In this document: piece after piece, positions 20,021 to 32,340 of the stretch
How positions within the stretch are numbered: the first letter of the stretch is position 1
Layout: every line of letters starts with the position of its first letter
DNA from: an uncultured delta proteobacterium
GTDB lineage: Bacteria > Myxococcota > Myxococcia > Myxococcales > Myxococcaceae
Reading direction: 5' to 3'
DNA length: 64,000 nucleotides
Assembly (NCBI GenBank): GCA_963771175.1
Contig: CAVYSY010000003.1
Coordinates: 32,001 to 96,000 of the forward strand
The notes under the pieces: model-generated
Told to the model about the DNA's origin: nothing
The model's input: only the letters and a program-made list of their open reading frames with translations
Database searches by the model: none
Position numbers and translations under genes: made by a program

Positions 20021-21360
20021 TCAGGGGCCGAGCAGCCGCAGGAAGGCCTCCTGGTCCCACGCGTCGCCCGCGCCCGCGCCCCGTGCCGCTGGTTGCCGAG
20101 GAGCGTGAGGCCCCGACCCGGGACGAAGCCCAACGCGGTGCTCGTCACCGGGCAGCCGCCCTCGGGGCACGCGCCGGGAGACAGCGTGCGCTGGTCGCGC
20201 GGCGTTCCCTCCGGCGCGTACGCGCTCAGCACGCCGCCACAGGCCGCCACCACCCGCGCCCGGTCATCCACCGACACCACCGGGGGAGCCGGCCGGGCGC
20301 CGCATGGCGAGCGAATGGAGCCAGCGCTCGGCACCCTCCGGCCCCGCGGCGAGCGCGAAGGCCCCGGAGCCGGTGAGCGTGCGTCCCGCCCCACGACAGG
20401 GAGCCGCGGAACTCACCCACCAGCGCCACGCCTCCGTCCGGGCCCGGCTTCAGCCCGGTGACGTGGCCATCCACTCCTCGCACCTCCTTGCCCCACGCGA
20501 GGCGCCCATCCGACTCGAAGGCGAGCAGCAGCAGTCCCCGTCCGCTCGCGGTCCCGAAGGTGCGGCCGTCCACCGTGAGCGTGCCGACGAGGCGGCCGGC
20601 GAGCAGCGCCTGGCCGGAGGGCATGAACGCCACCGCGTGCAGCTCGCGTCCCCTCGGCCACCGCATCGAGCTGCCGCGTCCAGCGATGGACTCCCTCGGC
20701 ATCGTGGTGAGCGAGCACCGGGAGATGGCCCTCCGGCGTCCACTCCTCGGCCGCGACGAGCACGCCGCCCTCCCCGTCCGCCGCCAGCCCGTACACCTTC
20801 TGTCCCACGCGCCGCTGCCAGAGGGGCTGGCCGTCGCCGGAGAACTTCACGAGGAAGCCGTCGTTGGCCGCGCCCAGGCCGAAGTCCAACGGGTACAGGA
20901 AGGCATTGCCCGTGAGGAAGACGCTCCCCGAGGGCGAGGCCGCCACGCGCGGCGAGGCCACGCGCATGCCGGAGAACTCGCGCGTCCACCGCACCCGGCC
21001 GTCCGGTGCGTACCGGGCCAGGGTGAGGGCACGCCGCTCGCCGGGGACGGGCTCGCGGTCCTCGTCCATGCGCGGCGAGGAGAGCCACACCACGCGGAAA
21101 TGTCCCCCGTGCCGTCCACCGCGAGCCCCGTGCCGGTGTCGTCCTGCGGCCCCCCGAGGCGGTGGAACCAGGGCGTCGGACCCTGGGGCTCGGGCACACC
21201 GGGGCGGGCGAGCCGAGTGCGCGGCGGCTGGAGACTCGGGCGTCGGTCCGTCGGCTCCGAGGCTCCCGAGCCCCCGCATCCCACGGCCAGCGCCAGCAGC
21301 GTCGGCGGGCAGGACCCGGTTCCAGGGACGGGCGGCGTGTACTCGTGACTCTCGGTGCAT
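20021..21360 (-). CDS. putative beta-propeller lipoprotein (multiple frameshifts)
   Basis: LLALAVGC lipobox; repeated LARYAPDGRVRW / LVKFSGDGQPLW / LLAFESDGRLAW blade-like motifs; 3' end reconstructed. Confidence 0.6.
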
Positions 21361-21629
21361 GACTCTCCCACCAGTCCTCCCGGCCCGAGGGGCCCGGAGA
21401 CTCGAACCGGGGGAAGGTCAATGGGGTCATTCCCCAGCGGCATCCCCCCTCGTCCCGGGCGACCGAGCCCCCTGGAGGGTAGGGAGACAGCCACGGCGGT
21501 CGGGGGGCGGACGAACGTCCGATGGCAGGAATACAGGGTGCCGGAACGGTTGGCAGCCCACGTTCGAGCCTCGCCCCTGTCGCGAACCCCTTGGTCCGCG
21601 CGCCGCCCGCGATTAAGAGAACGCTTCTC

Positions 21630-22670
<1,041 letters not shown>

Positions 22671-22680
22671 CGCCACGCGC

Positions 22681-23556
<876 letters not shown>

Positions 23557-23560
<4 letters not shown>

Positions 23561-25678
23561 CCTTCGCGCACCCGTGGATGCTGCTGGGCGCGCTGGCGGC
23601 GCTCATCCCGCTGCTCGTGCACCTCTTCGACCGCCGTCGGCCCCGGCCCCACCCCTTCGGGCCGCTCGCCTTCGTGCTGCGCAGCCAGAAGCGCACCGCG
23701 AGCCGCCTCAAGCTCAAGCGGCTGCTGCTCTACACGCTGCGCACGCTGATCCTCCTGGCGCTCCCGCTCGCGCTGGCGCGGCCGGAGTTGCGGCGGGACG
23801 CCGGCGCGGCGGCGGTGCGCGAAGGGCCCGGCGGCCACCGCCATCGTGCTCGACACCTCGCTGTCCATGCGCTGGTCGGACGGCGACCTCGCTCTTCGAG
23901 CGCGCCCGCGACGAGGCGCGCGACGCGCTCGCGGACCTGCGCCCCGAGGAGCCGGCCACGGTGCTGGTGTGCACGGGCTCGCCCGCGCCGCCGCGCGGCG
24001 CCGGGCTTCGACCGCGCGCAAGCTGCGGCAGGTGATCGACGAGGCGCAGCCCACGCTACGCGGCCGCGGACCTGTCCCGCTGCCTGGAGCTGGCGGCGCG
24101 CGCGCTGGAGGAGAGCCCCATGGCGGGCAAGCGGCTGGTGGTGGTCTCCGACCTCACGGCCAGGCTCGCTTGCGCCTGGAGGCACCGCCGCCCACGGTGA
24201 AGGGCCCCACGGGCGAGGCGGTGCGCCCCGAGGTGGTGCTGCGCGACGCGGCCAGCGGCAAGGACGCGCTGCCCAACCACGCGCTGGTGGACCTGAAGGT
24301 GGAGCCGGCGCTGCAGGCGGGCCCGCGCGCCTTCCAGTTCACCTTCACGGTGAAGAACTTCGGCGAGGCGCCGCTGAAGGACCTGGAGGCCGCTGGTGCG
24401 AGGTGGGCGACGCCACGCTGGCCAAGGGCTTCGTGGACGTGCCGGCCGACGGCACGGCGCAGAAGACGCTGACGGAGCGCTTCCAGCAGGGCGGCGCGGT
24501 GGCGGGCGAGGTGTCGCTCGCGCCGGACGCGCTGGCCGAGGACGACCGGCGCGGCCTTCGTGCTGGCGGTGCCGCGCGCTGCTGAAGGCGCTGGTGGTGA
24601 ACGGCGCGCCGCACGCCACGCGCTACCGGGACGAGGCCTTCTTCGTGGAGGCGGCGCTGTCGGCGCCGGGCTCGCCGGTGCAGGCTGGCGGTGCGCGACG
24701 CGGAGGCCGGCCTGCGCGAGGACCTCGCCGACTACGACGTGGTGCTGCTGCTCAACGTGGCCGCGCCGGACGCGAGGCGGAGCGGCGAAGCTGCGCGCCT
24801 TCGTGGAGAACGGCGGCGGCCTCTTCGTCTGCGTGGGCGACCAGGTGGACCCGGAGGCCTACAACACGCGGCTCGGCGCGCTGCTGCCGCGGCCGCTGCG
24901 GCTGGTGCGCACCAGCGCGGAGCGCGAGGACCCGGACGCCGAGAGCAAGGCGGCGAAGCTGGCGCGAGGTCAAGGTGGAGCACCCGCTCTTCGCGCCCTT
25001 CACGGGCCGGGCCGAGGAGGGCCTCGTGGGCGCGCGCTTCTACCGCTACATGCTGCTGGAGGCGGACGGGAGCGGCGCGGCACAGGGCGCGAGCCAGGTG
25101 CTGGCCACGTACGAGGACGGCGCGCCGGCGGTGGCGGTGGCGCGGCGGGGCAAGGGCCGGGTGGCGCTCTTCACCTCCACGGTGGACCGCGACTGGAGCG
25201 ACTTCGCCATCCGCACCAGCTTCCTGCCGCTGATGCAGCGCTTCGCGGCCTACCTCGCGGGCTCGCTGGAGGAGCGCGAGGAGCAGAAGGTGCGCGTGGG
25301 CGAGACGCTCGCGCTGCGGCCCGAGGGCGGGCAGGCGGTGTCGGCGGTGAAGGCGCCGGACGGACCACGGAGCGTGCCGCTACAAGGCGCAGCCGGACGG
25401 CACGGTGCTGGTGGGTCCGGTGGAGCAGCCGGGGACGTTCTCGGTGCTGGGCGGCGGACGGCAAGCCGGTGCCCGCGCTGGCCTTCGCGGCGACGCTGGA
25501 CCCGGCCGAGAGCGACCTGACCCGGCTGCCGCAGGACGCGCTCGCGGCGTACTTCGGCGAGGAGACGGTGAAGGCGTCGAGCGCGGACGCGGAGCGCCCG
25601 CCGGTGCCGCTGTGGACGTGGCTCATCGTGGCCGCGGCCATGGCCTTCTTCTTCGAGGGCACGCTGCTGCGCAAGTGA
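23557..25678 (+). CDS. BatA / vWA domain membrane protein (frameshifted)
   Basis: TFAHPWMLLGALAALIPLLVHL (BatA N-terminus), LDTSLSM MIDAS motif, GGGL glutamine-amidotransferase-like region, C-terminal PLWTWL TM helix. Confidence 0.85.
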
Positions 25679-25745
25679 GCCCATTGAACGCCCGGCCCCC
25701 TGGCACCTCCCTGTGGGCCGGGCGGCGTGGCAAGGTGACCCCTCT

Positions 25746-26848
25746 ATGAGCAACGCCCTCTACCGCGACTGTGCCCGGCTCTTCATGGTGGGCTTCCCCG
25801 GCCCGCGCATCGACGACGACTTCGCCTCGCTGATGGACGACGGCATCTTCGGCGCCATCCTCTTCAAGCGGAACGTGGGGACCGCCCAGGAGACGGCCGC
25901 CCTGTGCCGCGAGCATCAAGTCGCGCGCGCGCCGGCCCTTCATCCTCTCGGTGGACCAGGAGGGTGGACGGGTGGCCCGACTGCGCGGCGAGCCCTACAC
26001 CACCCTGCCCCCCATGCGTGAGCTCGGCCAGCGCGGGGACCTCGGGCTCATCGAGCGCGTGGGCCGGCTGCTCGCGCACGAGCTGCGCGCGGTGGGCTTC
26101 GACTGGGACTTCGCCCCCGTGCTCGACGTGGACACCAACCCCACCAACCCCGTCATCGGCGACCGCAGCTTCAGCCGCGACCCGGACGAGGTGGGCCGCA
26201 TGGGCGTGGCGCTGGGCGCGGGGCCTCGAGGCCGGTGGCGTGGCCTCGTGCGGCAAGCACTTCCCCGGACACGGCGACACCACCTCGGACAGCCACCTGA
26301 CGCTGCCGCGGCTGCCCCACGACATGGAGCGCCTGCGCCGCGTGGAGCTGGTGCCCTTCCGCGCCTTCGCCCAGGCGGGGCTCGCCTCGCTGATGACGGC
26401 GCACGTGCTCTTCGACGCGCTCGACCCGAAGGTGCCCGCCACCATGAGCCAGCGCGTGCTCCACGGCGTGCTGCGCGAGGAGATGGGCTTCGACGGCGTG
26501 CTGGTGAGCGACGACCTGGAGATGAAGGCCATCGCGGACCACTACTCGGTCGAGGAGGCCGCGGTGCTCGGCACCCTCGCCGGCGTGGACCTGTTCCTCG
26601 TCTGCCACAAGGCGGACGTGCAGCGGCGGGCCATCGAGGCGCTGGTGCGCGCGGTGGAGTCCGGCCGCGTGCCGCGCGCCCGCATCGACGAGGCCCACCG
26701 CCGTCTGGCCCGGCTCGAGGCCCGCTTCGCTCACGGCCCCGAGGAGCGTCTGGCCACGCTCGGCAACGCCGAGCACCGCGCGCTCGCCGAGGGACTCGCC
26801 AGCACCTTCAGCGGGAGGGATCCCACCGAGGTGCTGGCGTCCCGCTAG
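25746..26848 (+). CDS. nagZ: beta-N-acetylhexosaminidase (GH3; frameshifted)
   Basis: VDQEGGRVARL, APVLDV, IGDRSF, KHFPGHGDTTSDSH, SDDLEM. Confidence 0.92.
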
Positions 26849-26868
26849 TCTCGACCGGGCGGCCTCGC

Positions 26869-27195
26869 CTACTGCTGGAAGTCACCGCTCTCGCCCGTGT
26901 CGGACTCGAACTCCTCGAAGCCGGCACCTCCCGTGCCCGCGTCCATTGGGGCCGTGCCCGCGTCCTGGGTCATGGTGCCGCCACCCGTGGTGCCCCTGGT
27001 CCCGCCCTTCTGCGTGCCACCGGCACCACCGACTCCCTGGTCCTCCATGCCGACATCGCCCGCGCCGCCCGTGCCGGGCTGCTCCTGCATCCCGCCCTGC
27101 TCACCGCCCCGGTTGGTGTCCTGGCAACCCGGGAACAGCAGCGCAGCCGAGGCCAGCGCCCCCACCACCATCCACTTGCGAATGTTTCCGCGCAT
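26869..27195 (-). CDS. small Gly-rich disordered lipoprotein
   Basis: MRGNIRKWMVVGALASAALLFPGC signal; GGAGGAG ribosome-binding site upstream; GTGGAG repeats. Confidence 0.7.
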   Translation of the reverse strand: MRGNIRKWMVVGALASAALLFPGCQDTNRGGEQGGMQEQPGTGGAGDVGMEDQGVGGAGGTQKGGTRGTTGGGTMTQDAGTAPMDAGTGGAGFEEFESDTGESGDFQQ

Positions 27196-27413
27196 ATCCG
27201 CTCCTCCGTCCGGGCAGCCGTCATCAGCGGCCCGGGTCCATGACGGCTCGTGGGAGCCGTCTCCCGTCCCGCCCCCCCCAAGATGGGAGGAGCGGTCGTC
27301 CTCTTGAATCCGTACAGGTTCCGGTCGCTCCTCTCCCGAGACAGCGGGGCCGACCGGCATCGTCGCGCTCCGCTGTTCCCCGGGGAGACGCCTCCCGCCT
27401 CGCGTGGCTCCGA

Positions 27414-27845
27414 CTACTTCTCGTCCTTCTCGGGGCGCATGGGCTTCGGGGTCGCGGCGGGGCTGTCGCTCTTCCCCGGTAGGGTCTGCGCAGCGGGCTC
27501 CTGGCGCGTCGGAGTGTAGAGGCTGCCCCCAGCGCCCTGTTCGAGGCCACCCGCGCCCTGGCCACTGCCGCCCTGACCCTGCTGCTCGAGCAGGGCTCTC
27601 TGCCCGGGGTCCATCGCCAGAGAGCGGCCCTGAGTGCCGGCCGTCTGGGGCGTCCGGGGATCGATGCTGGTGGGGTTGTCCGTGATGGTGCCGTTGTAAC
27701 CGGACTGCTCCGGGCTCCGGGTCAGGCCAGGCCTGTAGGTCGCGTTGCCGGGGTAATCTGGAAGGGCTCCGCAGGCCGCCACCAGCCACGAGGCCGAGGC
27801 CAGCGCCCCCAACATCACCCACCGTCTGAAACCGTTGTCGTGCAT
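27414..27845 (-). CDS. small Gly/Pro/Gln-rich lipoprotein
   Basis: MHDNGFRRWVMLGALASASWLVAAC lipobox; GGAG ribosome-binding site. Confidence 0.7.
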   Translation of the reverse strand: MHDNGFRRWVMLGALASASWLVAACGALPDYPGNATYRPGLTRSPEQSGYNGTITDNPTSIDPRTPQTAGTQGRSLAMDPGQRALLEQQGQGGSGQGAGGLEQGAGGSLYTPTRQEPAAQTLPGKSDSPAATPKPMRPEKDEK

Positions 27846-28046
27846 GTCCGTCTCCAGGAAGGAGTCCCGCTCTCTTGCCGTCGGCGCATGGGGCACTGCC
27901 ATCCCCTGCCCCCCCTCGCGCGGTGCGAGTAGAGGAGCACGCCGCGCCATCAGGGATGGGCACCCGGAGGCTTCCGGACTACCGAGCGGGTGTCCGTCGA
28001 GGGCCCGGTCGCCCGGTCGGCCCGCGGCGAAGGCACCGGGCCCGCC

Positions 28047-28631
28047 CTACGGCCGGATGTACCCGTTCTCGCCTCGGACCCCCGTAGGTCCCGGCGGGGC
28101 CGTTTCGCTGCCTTCCGTGGGCACCTGCGGCTGGAACGACCCGCTGCTCGGAGCCATCGACGTCGCGAGACCGGAGCCCAGCTCGACGCCATAGGTGCCC
28201 TGAATCCACGCGCCCTTGGGGCCTTTCTTCAGCGGTCTGCCCGTCCCGAGCGCGCGAGCGGCCAGGGCATCGAACCGGGCCGGTGGGAACGGGACGCGCT
28301 CGTCCTGCCGCTGCCAGAGGTTCGCCTGCGCGGGCTCACGGCCCGGGCCTCCTGGGACGATGTTGCCCTGTCCGCCGCCGGGGGACTCACCGGCACCACC
28401 CGTACCCCGCTCCTGCTCGTTGGTCTCGAACAGCTCGGAGCTGGTGCCGATGTTGGAGTACTCCCGGGCAGCCTCGTCCTTGGCCTGGGCCTGCTCGGAG
28501 TAATAGTCCTCCTGGGCCGTCAAGGACCACGAACGCCCGCCGTAATAGCGATGATTGACCTCGCCGCACCCGGCGAGCAGCGCCACCCCGGCGAGCGCGC
28601 CGAGCAACCCCTTCACACCCCTGTTCCGCAT
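28047..28631 (-). CDS. Gly-rich lipoprotein
   Basis: MRNRGVKGLLGALAGVALLAGC lipobox; GGAGG ribosome-binding site; GTGGAG motif. Confidence 0.75.
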   Translation of the reverse strand: MRNRGVKGLLGALAGVALLAGCGEVNHRYYGGRSWSLTAQEDYYSEQAQAKDEAAREYSNIGTSSELFETNEQERGTGGAGESPGGGQGNIVPGGPGREPAQANLWQRQDERVPFPPARFDALAARALGTGRPLKKGPKGAWIQGTYGVELGSGLATSMAPSSGSFQPQVPTEGSETAPPGPTGVRGENGYIRP

Positions 28632-28749
28632 GACCGCCTCCTGTCCTCATCTGCTCTCCATGGACAGGGGTGGCCATGCGCGCGGGGAGCGGGTAGCGGC
28701 AAGCGAGCGGGCGAGAGCTACTTGCCCGCCCGTAGGGCGGCGGGGAGAA

Positions 28750-29376
28750 CTAGCCGCGGCGCGCGGTGGCCTTCTTCGCGGCGCCCTTCTTCATCACGGT
28801 CTTGCCCGCCGGAGCCGCCTTCTTCGCCACGGTCTTCTTCGCGGGCTCCCGCTTCGCTGGAGCCGCCTTCTTCACCGGGGCCTTCCCCGAGGCGGGAGCC
28901 TCCGCGGGTACACCGCCCTTCAGGAGCTGGAGGAGCTCCTGCACGTGGCCCTGCACCTTCACCTTGGGCCATGCACGAGACACCTTGCCCTCGGGGTCGA
29001 TGAGGAAGGTGGCGCGCGTCACGCCCATGAACTTCCGGCCATAGAGCGACTTCTCGCCCCACACGCCGTAGGACTCGCACACCTGGCGCCCGGTGTCCGC
29101 GAGCAGCGGGAAGGGCAGCGAGAACTTCGTGGCGAACTTCTGGTGGCTCTTGATGTCGTCCGGCGAGACGCCCAGCACCACCGCGCCAGCATCCCGTAGC
29201 GCCGAGTGCTCGTCGCGGAAGTCACACGCCTCCTGCGTGCAGCCCGGGGTGTCATCCTTCGGGTAGAAGTAGAGGACGACGTTCTTCCCCCGGAACTGGG
29301 AGAGCTTCACGTCGTTGCCGTTCTGGTCCTGGAGCTGGAAATCGGGGGCCTGGTCGCCTGTCTGGGGAATGGGCAT
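28750..29376 (-). CDS. bcp: peroxiredoxin Bcp/PrxQ with a Lys/Ala-rich tail
   Basis: VVLYFYPKDDTPGCTQEACDFRD, LPFPLLAD, RATFLID. Confidence 0.92.
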   Translation of the reverse strand: MPIPQTGDQAPDFQLQDQNGNDVKLSQFRGKNVVLYFYPKDDTPGCTQEACDFRDEHSALRDAGAVVLGVSPDDIKSHQKFATKFSLPFPLLADTGRQVCESYGVWGEKSLYGRKFMGVTRATFLIDPEGKVSRAWPKVKVQGHVQELLQLLKGGVPAEAPASGKAPVKKAAPAKREPAKKTVAKKAAPAGKTVMKKGAAKKATARRG

Positions 29377-29417
29377 GGACGAGCATCCAGATAGCACACC
29401 TGACTTTCGAGGTCAGG

Positions 29418-29795
29418 TCACATTCCGCCGTCGACGCCGTCGTGCGAGTGCGGCGGGTGGCCGTGCTCGTCCAGGGAGGGCGACCCCCCGTCCGGCTCGC
29501 CGGGTCTCCGCAGCGGCCGGCGTGGCAGGGGCTCGCGGAGCCGCCGCAGGGTGGAGATCCGCCGCTCGGCCTCGGGCCGCGCCTTCGAGTCCCGAGGCAC
29601 GGAGTCGAACTCGGCGATGACGGCCTCCCAGGCCGGGTCGCGTGGGGGAACGCCGCGCTCGACGAGCTCCGCGTACTTCGCCTCGGCGCGGGCGAGCCGC
29701 TCGGGCCCCTCGTCCTTCCGGCAGGCCCCCAGGAGCAGGGCCCCCAGCAAGAGCAGCAGCACCGTCGTCGGACGGCTTCGGTAGATGGGAGACAC
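29418..29795 (-). CDS. small lipoprotein with a His-rich C-terminus
   Basis: LLLGAC lipobox; tail EHGHPPHSHD; GTG start inferred. Confidence 0.65.
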   Translation of the reverse strand: MSPIYRSRPTTVLLLLLGALLLGACRKDEGPERLARAEAKYAELVERGVPPRDPAWEAVIAEFDSVPRDSKARPEAERRISTLRRLREPLPRRPLRRPGEPDGGSPSLDEHGHPPHSHDGVDGGM

Positions 29796-29847
29796 GTGCA
29801 ACCCTCCTGCTGGCCTCGGACACGAAGGGGGGATAGGGTGCTCCACC

Positions 29848-30489
29848 GTGTCGCCCCTCTTCATCGCATTCCTCTTCGGTCTCGGCCAGGGCCTGCTCCA
29901 CGCGGTGGGGCCGGACCACTGCGCCGCCATGGCCACGCTCGGTACGCTGGGACCGGCCCGGCGCCGGATCACGCTGCTCGTCGCGCTGCGCTTCGCCGTC
30001 GGGCATGCGACGGTGCTCGGCGGGGTGGCCACCTTCTGCCTCCTGGCGGGCGTGGGCCTCTCCGAGACCTTCGAGCGCTGGGCCGAGGTGTTCGGCGGCA
30101 TGGTGCTGGTGGCGCTGGCCGTCACCGCCTTCCTCTTCCCCAACGTGCTGCGCCATGGCCACCCGCACCTGCCCGGCCACACGCACGAGCCCCACTCCCA
30201 CATGCACGACCGGGTGAGCACCGCCGCCGGGGCCCTCATGGCCGTCAGCGGGGTGCGCTCGCTGCTGCTGGCCCTGCCCCCGCTGCTGGTGGGTGGCAGC
30301 CTTCAGTCCTCCGGGTGGACGTACCTCCCCGGCTTCGCGCTCGGCATCCTCGTGGGCATGGGCGCGGTGGGCCTGCTCTTCGCCGAGGGCCTGGCCCGCA
30401 TGGGCTCGGGTCTCGCCGAGCGCCTCCAGCGCGTGGTGGCCGCCGGCTCCGGCGCGCTCGGCCTCTTCTGGATCGCCTCCCGCCTCTGA
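29848..30489 (+). CDS. Ni/Co transporter-like (UreH/NiCoT-related) membrane protein
   Basis: GLLHAVGPDH motif, GHA in TM2, His-rich loop HGHPHLPGHTHEPHSHMH, about 6 TM helices. Confidence 0.7.
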   Translation: MSPLFIAFLFGLGQGLLHAVGPDHCAAMATLGTLGPARRRITLLVALRFAVGHATVLGGVATFCLLAGVGLSETFERWAEVFGGMVLVALAVTAFLFPNVLRHGHPHLPGHTHEPHSHMHDRVSTAAGALMAVSGVRSLLLALPPLLVGGSLQSSGWTYLPGFALGILVGMGAVGLLFAEGLARMGSGLAERLQRVVAAGSGALGLFWIASRL

Positions 30490-30529
30490 GTCCCCTGGCG
30501 AGGCGCCGTCCCCGCCAGGGCGGCGCTTC

Positions 30530-31863
30530 CTACGCGGTGCGCTGCTCGAGGATGCCCAGCGACACCATCGCCACCAGGAAGCCGTGGACCTGCGTGCTCG
30601 GGGCGGTTGGCGAACGCGAGCAGCTCGGCCACCGTGCGGGTGCCGTCGATCTTCGGCAGCAGCTCCGCCTCCCAGCGCTCCAGCTCCACCTCGTGCAGCT
30701 GGTAGGCCGGGGCCACGGCGGGGATCAGCCGGTCCTCGGGCTGGAGCATGCGGCGCAGGCGCTCGGGCTTGTAGAGCTTCTTGATGCCGCGGATGATGAG
30801 GTTGGCCGGGTGCACGTCCAGCTTGATGGACTCGGTGGTGGCCTTCTCCTGAAGGCACATGACGTAGGTGCCGTCCTCCCACGCGAAGAGCGAGTAGATG
30901 ATGGCCTTCACCTGCTGGCCCACGTAGTACAGGCGCTCGGTGTCCTTGAGCAGGCCGCGCTCCACCAGCACGTCGCCGGTGCGGCGGTTGCTGGCCGTGG
31001 CCACCGCCGCGGCGTCCTGGAGCTGCTCGGGCTTGATCTTCCCCACGCGCACCAGGAACTGGCCGAAGCGGTCCGCCAGCAGGTTGGAGAGCGCGAACAC
31101 CGGCATGCCGCGCTCGAAGTAGACGACCTTCTTCACCTTGCCGCGCTGGACGCCCAGCTCGCCGGTCTCGCGCGACAGGTAGAAGGCGGTGATGAGCGAG
31201 GGCAGGTTGTCCTGGAGGTCGCCGCGGCGGCTGCCCGGCGGAGCCCGCGCCCACCGGGCAGCGGCTCGCGCCGGCCGGCCCGGCACGGGCGGGCGCACCA
31301 GGGTGGCGGGCACCTTGTGCAGGGGCGAGGCGGTGAGGTTGGCGCCGCGGATCTCGGCGGTGAGGTTGTCGCCGCCCGTCACCTTGATGCGGCCCGTCAG
31401 CTCCATCGAGTCCTGGGGACTGTCCTCCTCGACGTCGATGTCCAGCTCGACGTCGAAGGCGTCCTGGAGGCGAGGAGGCGGCGGGGGCCTGCTTCTGGGC
31501 GGGCACCAGCATCTGCACGGTCTCCAGCAGCTTGGAGGCCTCGAAGGGCTTCTCGAAGTAGCCGGCGGCCGCGTACTTCTGCCGGGCCTCGATGGCGTGC
31601 TTGCCGCCCTTGAAGACGCCGGTGATGAAGAGGAGCGGGAGCTGGGGCTGATCCTTCCGGAGCGCGTCCGCCAGGTGGTAGCCCATCATGTCGGGCAGGA
31701 GGATATCGAGCACGGCCACGGCGGGCGGTCGGGCACGCGAGACCTCGACCGCCTGCTTGCCCTTGGTCGCGCCCACGACCTCGTAGCCTGCATCTTCGAA
31801 GAGCTGGGTGAGGAGCGTGAGCAGCTCCTGGTTGTCATCGACGACGAGGATTCTGGGAGCCAT
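30530..31863 (-). CDS. response regulator with a DUF4388-like output domain (frameshifted)
   Basis: RILVVDDN...VLDILLPD...ITG...EKP receiver domain; then ETGELGV..KVVYFERG..DRFGQFLV..IDGTRTVAEL. Confidence 0.85.
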
Positions 31864-31956
31864 CGCGAGCCACCCTACCAAAAGCCTGACCATCCGTAAG
31901 TGGCTGTGTTCCCAAGGGATGCATCCCGCTTGTCGGGCGGATAGGTTGAGGGCTCC

Positions 31957-32340
31957 ATGAAGGATTCCCCCCCGACCCGGTGCACGTTGTCGCGCCTCGC
32001 CCTCGCCCTGACCCTGTTCCTTCCCCTGGCCGCACGGGCCCAGGACGGGGGCCTCCAGGACGGGGGCAGCGTGTATGACCTCCCGGACGCCTCGGTGGGC
32101 TCAGGGGGGGCGGACCGCGACAACCCGGAGGGTGACGACGCCACGGGCCGACCTGGTGGGTCCTGCCAGAGCGGGGCCGACTGCGCGACGCGCTTCAGTT
32201 GCTCGCAGGGCCGGTGCCGTTACACGGGCATCCGCCAGGCCGAGCGCGTGGGGTGCCTGCTGGGCCCGGAGGACACCCTGGCGGTGGTGGGACTGGGACT
32301 GGTGGTGGCGGCGCGAAGGCGCGGCCGGGAGGGGCGATGA
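31957..32340 (+). CDS. small secreted Cys-rich protein with a MYXO-CTERM-like tail
   Basis: signal ..ARA-Q; CQSGADCATRFSCSQGRC; GC followed by a hydrophobic helix and RRR. Confidence 0.7.
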   Translation: MKDSPPTRCTLSRLALALTLFLPLAARAQDGGLQDGGSVYDLPDASVGSGGADRDNPEGDDATGRPGGSCQSGADCATRFSCSQGRCRYTGIRQAERVGCLLGPEDTLAVVGLGLVVAARRRGREGR

